Assembly: GCA_964016885.1 (NCBI GenBank)
Contig: OZ024742.1
Span: 6,882,001 to 6,946,000 of the forward strand
Length of the DNA: 64,000 nucleotides
Direction: 5' to 3'
Source: Eledone cirrhosa
Taxonomy: Eukaryota
The position numbers and the translations under genes were made by a program. Under the pieces are notes generated by a model. The model had not been told where the DNA came from and made no database searches. It was given only the letters and a program-made list of their open reading frames with translations. Of the stretch, positions 1 through 7,960 are shown piece by piece (the stretch's first letter is position 1; each line of letters starts with the position of its first letter).

Positions 1-66
<66 letters not shown>
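1..66. repeat. (TA)n microsatellite, open at the window start
   Basis: Pure TA dinucleotide run. Confidence 0.99.
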
Positions 67-67
<1 letters not shown>

Positions 68-287
68 CGAATGAATTCTGGTAAGGAACCAGATGGACCA
101 TAATGCACCAAAGTACTCAATACTTAGGGTAGTAGAGTGGGTAATAGGAACATGTATGACCCCGATGGCAGAGCTCAAGCCGTTTCGACGGCTATTTCTG
201 GACGGCTATCTCTGGACGGCTATTTCAGTCTAGAAATAGCCGTCGAAACGGCTTGAGTTCTGCCGTCGGGGTCATACTTGTTCCTAT
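67..287. mobile_element. Short foldback insert within (TA)n; probable extremely truncated PLE-type inverted insertion
   Basis: Arms 144-199 (ATAGGAACATGTATGACCCCG...GGCTATTTCT) and 232-287 are reverse complements with 3 mismatches in 56 bp by eye. Three ~14-bp GACGGCTATYTC units lie at the arm/spacer junction. A unique tail occupies 67-143 and TA runs flank both sides. PLE origin is inferred from layout. Confidence 0.6.
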
Positions 288-462
288 ATATATATATATA
301 TTTGAAAAAGGAGTAAGATTGTATACAAAATAGGGGTTATATAGAGAAAAGGTGAAATTGGAAATAGCACGAAAAATATATTTAAGGATCTGTTTTTCTT
401 TGATTCACCATAGTGACATTATTGAAACAATGAGAGAAACAATTGTTTTAAAAAAGAAGTTT

Positions 463-697
463 TATACTGTATATATACTGTATATATACTGTGTATATAC
501 TGTATATATACAGTATATATACTGTATATATACAGTATATATACTGTATATATACTGTATATATACTGTATATATACTGTATATATACTGTATATATACT
601 GTATATATACAGTATATATACTGTATATATACAGTATATATACTGTATATATACAGTATATATACTGTATATATACTGTATATATACTGTATATATA
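463..697. repeat. 11-bp-unit minisatellite (TATATATACTG / TATATATACAG)
   Basis: About 21 tandem units. CTG and CAG versions are interspersed and create local palindromes such as ACTGTATATATACAGT. Confidence 0.93.
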
Positions 698-826
698 ATA
701 TAACCGGTTTCGATGTATCAGTGTGAACCATCATATCAAATGTCGTGAAGACTGGGTCTAAAATGAACCTTATATATAGAGAGAGGTAGTGATAGTAATA
801 TTAATAGACAACTACCAACACTAGTT

Positions 827-890
<64 letters not shown>

Positions 891-915
891 TACTACTACT
901 ACTACTACTACTACT
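827..915. repeat. (CTA)n trinucleotide microsatellite
   Basis: Near-perfect CTA run. It explains the poly-Ser ORF 736..927. Confidence 0.97.
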
Positions 916-975
916 CTCTATGTACAATTGATTCCTGCGTTTGTTTGTAATTTTGAACTATATATATATATATAT

Positions 976-1104
976 TTCTTTTTTTAATATAGAAGAGCTA
1001 CTACAGGACTAGAACTGTTTCATTCGTGAGAAATCATCTTTTATACTCTGCTATGTATTGAGTACCTTACTTACTGTGGTTACCTCCGATTCAAACCGGA
1101 ATAA

Positions 1105-1107
<3 letters not shown>
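976..1107. mobile_element. Short TA-flanked interspersed-repeat fragment, possibly a PLE 3'-end remnant
   Basis: Bounded by TA runs (959-975 and 1108-1182). The minus strand has GATGA-TTTCTCACGAAT-GAAACAG, a degenerate hammerhead-like core. It shares GTACTCAATAC in inverted orientation with the tail of the 67-287 insert. Confidence 0.35.
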
Positions 1108-1170
<63 letters not shown>

Positions 1171-1182
1171 CATATATATATA
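1108..1182. repeat. (TA)n microsatellite; left flank/target of the PLE
   Basis: TA run with two CA interruptions. Confidence 0.97.
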
Positions 1183-1240
1183 ACGGCGATGAATTAATTT
1201 TGCGAGGTTTTTGATATGAAATCGTGTGTCGAAACAAATA

Positions 1241-1436
1241 TTGTTATACTTGGGAAGGGTCATATTTGTGTGATATTGCCAGAATTAATAACAGAACACA
1301 CTCAGTGTTTGGTTGGATTTCGCTTTTCGCTTCTGTGTATTTTATAACGGTTAATCTAATTTGTTCGGTCCTCAATGTTGCCATTGACTGACCAACGGTC
1401 AAAAATAATACATATACAATATAGACACAAACACAT
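1241..1436 (-). repeat. 3' pseudo-LTR segment of the PLE (left arm of the inverted repeat)
   Basis: Reverse complement of 3771-3955, with about 8 substitutions and 3 indels (3, 1 and 7 bp) by manual alignment. Confidence 0.92.
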
Positions 1437-1440
1437 ATAT

Positions 1441-1494
1441 ATAGTTTATCAAAGTTCTTTCGTTGCACATCTGCAACATCGTCAGTGGTGCTAT
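1441..1494 (-). ncRNA. Minimal type I hammerhead ribozyme-like motif, partly degenerate
   Basis: The minus strand reads ATAGCACCA-CTGACGA-T-GTTGCA-GATG-TGCAAC-GAAA-GAACTT-TGATAAACTAT. It has the CUGANGA and GAAA cores around a perfect 6-bp stem II; stems I and III are imperfect. Hammerheads are known in PLE pseudo-LTRs. Confidence 0.65.
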
Positions 1495-1754
1495 TGTTTC
1501 CTCCCGTTACATTGTATTTTCTACGCCATCTTTATTTAGTCTGTTTATATATTTATTTATTTGTTTATTTTATTTTGTCTTCTTTGCGCATGCATTTGCG
1601 TGTGTGTATAGTGTTTTGTTTGATGTGTGTTCGTGATTGGGTGACTGTGTATTGGTTAATGTATTCTGTCTTTACTAGTGTGTGTTTATATGTGTTTGTT
1701 GTTATTGTGCTTGTGTATGTATTTATTTATTTATTTATCTATTTATTTATTTAT

Positions 1755-3740
1755 TTATACCTCTCTTAGGTCAGTGTTGTTTGTTTGGGTGTTGTTGTTG
1801 TTATTCCATTCATTCTTTCTGTTTAGCCTTGGCCTTCTAAATTCTATTTCACTGGCCTCTCTGATTTGCCTATCTGCTGGGTCATATCTATGTTTAGATA
1901 TTATTCTAATTTCTATGTTGTCTATGTTACCGTCGTGTTGTTGTCTGGCGTATTCGTATAGTACTGACCCGTTTGTTCGTCCTTTTAGTTCCCCCCAGTG
2001 TTGGTCTATCCTTTCACCTATGCTACGAGCTGTCTCGCCTATGTATGTTGTTGTCATGTTTCTGAAAGTACCCTCTGTACATCTTATGCTATAGACTACG
2101 TTTCTAGTTTTACAGTTTATCCGGGGGTTTACCTTATATATGATACATTTCCTATTAGTACAGTGGGTTTTCTTAAAAGAGTAGGTTTTGCTGATCAGGG
2201 ATTTTATGGTGGTTCCTGACTTTTCTACCACCTTAATCTTTAAGTGGGTCTTTCTCAGGGCCTTTCTACACTGGTTAGCTAATTTCCCTCCAGGGGTAGC
2301 GTCCACAAACATGACACTCTGATATCTCTGGTTGTCGTACCATGATGTGGCCTTCCCTATCTTATGTCTAGCCCTATCTAAGCTATTCCATGATTTGCTC
2401 CTGTATAGTGGGCAAATTCCTTTCATGTCCAGTTCTATGAGGGTCTTATACTTCTCCATGGCTCCTTCGTATACTCTGACTCTGTCTCTTTGGTTGTAGC
2501 CAGAGAACTGCATGCGGTTGATGAAGTGTTGGATGTGTCTTTCCATTTCTGTTGGGTCGCACATGCTGGACACATTCTTCATCACTCGTACCAAATCTGC
2601 GATCAGAATATTAAACTTAGCACTACTGGACATTGCTGAGTTTTTGAGTATCAGGTATTTGGAGGCCATGGGTTTAGCATAGTGTGAGTGGAGAATTTGG
2701 GCTCTCTCGTCTATAGTGTTAATCCAGAGTTCCGTGTCTAATACAGGTAGTCTATTGTTAGGGTGTTTGGAAGGGTAGTCGATAGTTAAAGTTATACTCT
2801 GGTGTATGGAATTAGCTATCTGCTGGATGCTTTCCATTGTGCTACGTTCTAAATCAAACTTGTTAGTGCTCTCTAGTGGGGATGTTCTTATAACCATATT
2901 GATATCGTCTATGTAACGAGAGTACATGATGAGGTCTATGGAGCTCTCATTAAGGAAATCTTTAAGTCTCCTTCCCCACCATACCATAAAAAGGTTGGCA
3001 ACATCACCAGCTATGCTGACGCCAATGGCTGCTCCCTCAATTTGGGTGTAGATCTTCTCGTTGAACTTGAATATGTGGCCCTTTAGGGTAGTTTTGATAC
3101 TAGCCCCTATTGCATGTGCGACCATTTTTCTTACCTGATCATTATTTTGGGGTGTCCGTATAGCTTTGGTCCACCTTCTCATGGGAGTCTTTTTAGCAAT
3201 TGAGGTTATGGTGGGGGCTCCACCTCTTATGGGTTTACTAGAGCAGAAACGTCTAAGGTCATGGCTGTCTAGATAGTCAGTGTCGTAGGTAAGTCTAAGT
3301 AGGAGGTCCAGTTCGTCGGTGTCGACGTCGCAGAACTCCACCTCACTCTCAATGATCATCTCCACACATCTTTCCACAGCAAAATCAATGTTAATGGATG
3401 GGTACAGTGATACCACATCCATGCTGCCTATTATGCAGTTGGATAGGTTCCTGTTTTTGTTACACTCACTGATTCTGCTGAGGAGGTCCTCTGTACTGTC
3501 ACATACATCTGGGGACATCTTGATTATGGGGCGTATAACCATTGAGAGGAAGTAGGAGATCCTGTAGTTGCTAGCTATATTTGCTCCGCATACGGGTCTT
3601 GTTGGTGGTCCTGTTGTCGGGTCGTCGACTGTCTTGTGGTCTTTGCGGAGCCCATACAAGGGTGATATGCCATTGTTAGACGCCTGGAAGTTGTTGGCAG
3701 TGCGTCTGCTTGGCTTTAGGATGTCGGTCCACATCATCAT
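1755..3740 (-). CDS. PLE polyprotein: reverse transcriptase + GIY-YIG endonuclease (661 aa, N-terminally truncated, probably inactive)
   Basis: RT motifs: LYGLRKDHK, PTRPVC, SMDVVSLYPSI (motif A), YTQIEGAAIG (B'), YSRYIDD (C), LPVLD (E) and the thumb motif YAKPMAS. A Cys linker precedes the endonuclease NVVYSIRC...YIGETARSIGERIDQH...RQIREA...LNRKNE. The frame stays open upstream (DGREKILNAH) to the inversion junction at about 3770, so the ATG is probably not the native start. Confidence 0.93.
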   Translation of the reverse strand: MMMWTDILKPSRRTANNFQASNNGISPLYGLRKDHKTVDDPTTGPPTRPVCGANIASNYRISYFLSMVIRPIIKMSPDVCDSTEDLLSRISECNKNRNLSNCIIGSMDVVSLYPSINIDFAVERCVEMIIESEVEFCDVDTDELDLLLRLTYDTDYLDSHDLRRFCSSKPIRGGAPTITSIAKKTPMRRWTKAIRTPQNNDQVRKMVAHAIGASIKTTLKGHIFKFNEKIYTQIEGAAIGVSIAGDVANLFMVWWGRRLKDFLNESSIDLIMYSRYIDDINMVIRTSPLESTNKFDLERSTMESIQQIANSIHQSITLTIDYPSKHPNNRLPVLDTELWINTIDERAQILHSHYAKPMASKYLILKNSAMSSSAKFNILIADLVRVMKNVSSMCDPTEMERHIQHFINRMQFSGYNQRDRVRVYEGAMEKYKTLIELDMKGICPLYRSKSWNSLDRARHKIGKATSWYDNQRYQSVMFVDATPGGKLANQCRKALRKTHLKIKVVEKSGTTIKSLISKTYSFKKTHCTNRKCIIYKVNPRINCKTRNVVYSIRCTEGTFRNMTTTYIGETARSIGERIDQHWGELKGRTNGSVLYEYARQQHDGNIDNIEIRIISKHRYDPADRQIREASEIEFRRPRLNRKNEWNNNNNTQTNNTDLREV

Positions 3741-3770
3741 GTGAGCGTTGAGGATTTTCTCTCTCCCATC

Positions 3771-3954
3771 ATGTGTTTGCTATATTGTATCTGTATTATT
3801 TTTGACCGTTGGTCAGTCAATGGCAACATTGAGGACCGAATAAATTAGATTACCGATATAAAAGACACAGAAGCGAAAACCAACCAAACAGTGAGTGTGT
3901 TCTGTTATTAATTCTGGCAATATTACACAAATATGACCCTCCCCAAGTATAACA

Positions 3955-3955
<1 letters not shown>
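3771..3955 (+). repeat. Inverted pseudo-LTR copy at the 5'-truncation point of the PLE
   Basis: Reverse complement of 1241-1436. It abuts the truncated ORF on the left and CA/TA repeats on the right. Confidence 0.92.

Positions 3956-3960
<5 letters not shown>

Positions 3961-4012
<52 letters not shown>
3961..4012. repeat. (TA)n microsatellite; right flank of the PLE
   Basis: Pure TA run. Confidence 0.98.
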
Positions 4013-4014
<2 letters not shown>

Positions 4015-4121
4015 GTGTCTTTGTTACCACTACCTCTCAATTGTTCTCTATATATACATTTCTATATGTATGTAGATAGGTGAATGTTTTCACGTGACAC
4101 CTGTCTTCGATCATCAAAATC

Positions 4122-4468
4122 ATCTCTCACCCCTCTCCCTCACCCCTCTCTCTCACCCCCTCTATTTCACCCCTCTCTCTCACACCTCTATCTCACACCT
4201 CTCTCTCACCCCTCTATATCACCCCTCTCTCTCTCACATTCTCTCTCACCCCCTCTATCTTACCCCTCTCTCTCATCTCTCTCTCTCACCCCTTCTCTCC
4301 CACCCCTCTCTCTCACCCCCTCTATATCACCCCCTCTATCTCACCCCCTCTCTCTCACCCCTCTCTCTCAACCCCTCTATATCACCCCTTCTCTCTCACC
4401 CTCTCTCTCAACCCTCTCTCTCACCTCTCTCTCTTACCCCCACTATATCTCACCCCCTCTCTCTCTAT
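4122..4468. repeat. Pyrimidine-rich degenerate minisatellite (TCTCTCTCACCCC-like units)
   Basis: Repeated (TC)n-ACCCC units of about 13-15 bp, with almost no G on the + strand. Confidence 0.9.
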
Positions 4469-4552
4469 CAATAAAAGTAACTATTCCTCATACCCTCTCT
4501 CTACTTCGCGCAGTTATCCCCGCCATACTTTCTACTCATCCAGGAAACTCTA

Positions 4553-5360
4553 CGTGCGTATGTTCAAGTGCGTCACATCTGCCTGTATGGAGGTATGTAC
4601 CTGTATCTGCGTGTGTCTGCGTGTGTGTATGTATGTAGCTGTATCTATGTGTACGTATGTGCGTCTGTATGTATGTATGTGTATGTCTGCGTGTGTGTAT
4701 GTATGTAGCTGTATCTATGTGTACGTATGTGCGTCTGTATGTATGTATGTGTATGTCTGCGTGTGTGTATGTATGTAGCTGTATCTATGTGTACGTATGT
4801 ACGTCTGTATGTATGTATGTGTATGTCTGCGTGTGTGTATGTATGTAGCTGTATCTATGTGTACGTATGTGCGTCTGTATGTATGTATGTGTATGTATGT
4901 GTGTGTGTATGAATGTAGCTGTATCTGTGTATGTATGTGTGTATGTATGTATGTCTCTGAGTGTGTATGTATCTATCTGTATCTATTTGTATGTATGTGT
5001 GTCTGTATGTATGTATGTGTGTGTCTCTGAGTGTGTATGTATCTATATGTATCTATGTGTATGTAAGTGTGTCTGTATGTATGTATGTGTGTATGCATCT
5101 GTATTTATGTCTCTATGTGTGTATGTATGTGTGTGTCTGTATGTGTGTATGTATGTGTGTCTGTATCTATGTGTATGTATGTGTGTATGTGTGTGTGTGT
5201 GTCTGTATGTGTGTAATATATCTGTATCTATGTGTCTGTATGTGTGTATGTATATGTGTGTTTGTATGTGTGTGTGTGTCTGTATGTGTGTGTGTGTGTG
5301 TGTGTGTCTGTATGTATGTGTGTATGTATCTGTATCTATGTGCCAGTATGTGTATCTCTC
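4553..5360. repeat. Compound (TG)/(TATG) microsatellite including about 4 copies of a 70-bp higher-order unit (about 4617-4930)
   Basis: GTAGCTGTATCTATGTGTACGTATGT recurs at 70-bp spacing. The ORF-track starts 4657, 4727, 4797 and 4867 show the same period. Confidence 0.92.
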
Positions 5361-5479
5361 TATGTACAGTCATATGTGATATATCATTCAATTTGAATTG
5401 TTGTCTATTTATGTCAGAACTTCAAACGATCTTATTCCTTTCTCATAATTAAGAATATTATGCAAACATACACACACAG

Positions 5480-5481
<2 letters not shown>

Positions 5482-5521
<40 letters not shown>

Positions 5522-5536
5522 TTACATATGTGTATG

Positions 5537-5581
<45 letters not shown>

Positions 5582-5630
5582 TCATTGCATCATTATATAT
5601 ATATATTGACAAATATACTATACATACTTT

Positions 5631-5688
<58 letters not shown>

Positions 5689-5827
5689 GAAAATATAGAA
5701 ATTATTGTGAGCAAGAAGCCAACAGTATTTCATAATATATAAGTGATATATATATATATATATATATATAAATGAAAATATAGAAATTATTGTGAGCAAG
5801 AAGCCAACAGTATTTCATAATATATAA

Positions 5828-5916
<89 letters not shown>
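5482..5916. repeat. Cluster of (TA)n runs containing an exact 61-bp direct repeat (5685-5745, 5770-5830)
   Basis: AAATGAAAATATAGAAATTATTGTGAGCAAGAAGCCAACAGTATTTCATAATATATAAGTG occurs twice, separated by TA. Confidence 0.93.
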
Positions 5917-5919
<3 letters not shown>

Positions 5920-6162
5920 CTGGTGTAGTAACACAGTATGACAGATTTATTTAGAAATATTTCCTGCATTAAAGTATATTTATATATAGTAAACTTATTT
6001 CGTCTGGTTTAAACATGTTAATAAAGTGAACTGTTGCTATTTAGAAATAAATCTCCTGTTGTGTTGGCATGTTTGTAGTATCTTCTTCACACTCGTCAAC
6101 TTAGATATATTAACAGATAGCTCAATATTCTCCATTTCTATGTAAAGTTATATCGTTAAATA

Positions 6163-6363
6163 GGCGGTGAGTTAGCAGAGTTGTTAGAACGTCGGGTAGA
6201 ATGTTTCGATGAATTCCTTTCAGTTCTCACCTCTCTGTTCAAATCCCGCCAACACCGCATGTCACTACGGCGCTCCTACGATTCCATCATGTTTTTTTTT
6301 TATAATTTCCTTTTCTTATTTATTACCTTTCATCCATTCGAGGTCGACAAAAAAAGTACAGTT
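6163..6363 (+). mobile_element. Degenerate tRNA-derived SINE (resembles octopus SINE families), interrupted
   Basis: A 5' GGCGGTGAGTTAGCAGAGTTGTTAG (A-box-like), a B-box GTTCAAATCCC at 6237-6247 and a 3' part CCTTTCATCCATTCGAGGTCGACAAAAAAAGTAC. The family resemblance is from memory and has not been verified by search. Confidence 0.6.
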
Positions 6364-6423
6364 AGGTATTATATATACATTCTTCTTATTTTGAATAATA
6401 TATATATATACATATATATATAT

Positions 6424-6888
<465 letters not shown>

Positions 6889-7625
6889 TACATGAATCAA
6901 AGTTCTGTTTAAACCATTTATTCGCTTACAATTGTTTCTTCCAAACCGAGGTTTGAAGTCTTCGGTGCAATTTTTCAATGATTTTTTACATACTTGACCT
7001 CCTTTCCAACACAAGAGACATATAGAAACATATGTATATATTGATGCACAGTGGGTTGACATCCATTATAATAATATTGCATGGCAATTTACATACATAG
7101 ATTAAAGTCATATTAAAGGACCAAATTAAAGATAAAATACAACATTGGCAGTTTACGAAGATAAAGCAAGAGGATAGTTTGAAGTATTTAGTGTATGCAA
7201 TAGTTACACGTGGGCCATGCACGTGTGTCTTATTTATATAAGATTATAGTGCGGCAGGGTGTTATATGTAATACAAGCAGTTTAAGCGGGCAATCAAGAG
7301 TATTATGGAGGTTGTATTGGTAAAGTATTTTTTATATATGTATGATATAGAAGCCTGTGTGTAGAGAAATATCAAAAATATTAAAAATGAGAAGCAAAAC
7401 AACGCCACGGTCCTCGCATACACCACCATTTTCATAATCCAGGAAACGCAATTTATAGATTATATGTCCCTCACACAATCCACTATGATACAACATTGGA
7501 TGCCTGATGAACCATGTTAGAACACCACAGCTTGTCGTTCTCTAATTCGATTCTATAGAGCAGGTTGTTTTCGTTGCGAGAATTGACATCGTAATATTTT
7601 CCGGAAGTTTGTGTGTGATTAAGAG

Positions 7626-7960
7626 GAGTTAATGTGTAAGGGGAGGTAACTAGCTGATTTCTATAACTAAATTTATTATCCTAATGTACATTAAATGGTG
7701 TCTCAAATGAGTCCCTATCATATAAGGTTATAAACAGTTTCTAAATTTAAGTATCTATTCTATAAATTACAGTGTAGTCTATCAAGAAGTACTAAAGGTG
7801 TTCATATTAGGATGATTACCTTCTATCATAGATACTTAAATTTAGAAACTGTTTATAACCTTATATGATAGGGACTCATTTGAGACACCATTTAATGTAC
7901 ATTAGGATAATCAATTTAGTTATAGAAATTAGCTAGTTACCTCCCCTTACGCATTAACTC
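7626..7960. repeat. Long inverted repeat (133-bp arms, 69-bp spacer) abutting the satellite array
   Basis: 7626-7758 (GAGTTAATGTGTAAGGGGAGG...AAGTATCTAT) and 7828-7960 (ATAGATACTT...CCTCCCCTTACGCATTAACTC) are reverse complements with 3 mismatches. Confidence 0.95.

Larger units (their letters stand above)
1183..3955 (-). mobile_element. Penelope-like retroelement (EN+, C-terminal GIY-YIG), 5'-truncated, with inverted pseudo-LTR, inserted in (TA)n
   Basis: RT+GIY-YIG ORF on the minus strand. Inverted repeats at 1241-1436 and 3771-3955. A tail (1183-1240) is present only at the 3' copy. The 3' UTR is A-rich and carries a hammerhead-like motif. TA microsatellites flank both sides. These are established hallmarks of EN+ PLE insertions. 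Confidence 0.92.

Noticed and set aside
352-1263. ORFs rich in Y/I/C or poly-Ser
   Set aside because: They are translations of TA, 11-bp and CTA repeats.
1485-3555. Plus-strand ORFs 1485..1769, 1678..2094, 1998..2219 and 3319..3555
   Set aside because: They are antisense shadows of the PLE ORF or of its low-complexity 3' UTR, with no recognisable motifs.
1755-3740. Telomerase, group II intron, retron or other bacterial RT system
   Set aside because: The C-terminal GIY-YIG domain, pseudo-LTRs and motif pattern identify a Penelope-like element. Nothing in the sequence shows that this RT templated the 40-bp satellite, as I found no monomer copy inside the element.
4084-5799. Multiple ORFs of Ser/Leu/Pro, Cys/Val/Met/Tyr or Ile/Tyr composition
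   Set aside because: They are translations of CT-, TG- and TA-rich simple repeats.
6163-6250. tRNA gene
   Set aside because: A/B-box-like motifs are present but no convincing cloverleaf; a decayed SINE head explains it better.
7224-7290. Possible decayed GIY-YIG fragment (CLIYIRL*CGRVLYVIQ) on the + strand
   Set aside because: It contains stops, lacks the YIG/YVG glycine and the downstream Arg motif, and is too weak without a profile search.
7503-7530. CTGATGA hammerhead box on the + strand
   Set aside because: No stem II followed by GAAA downstream.
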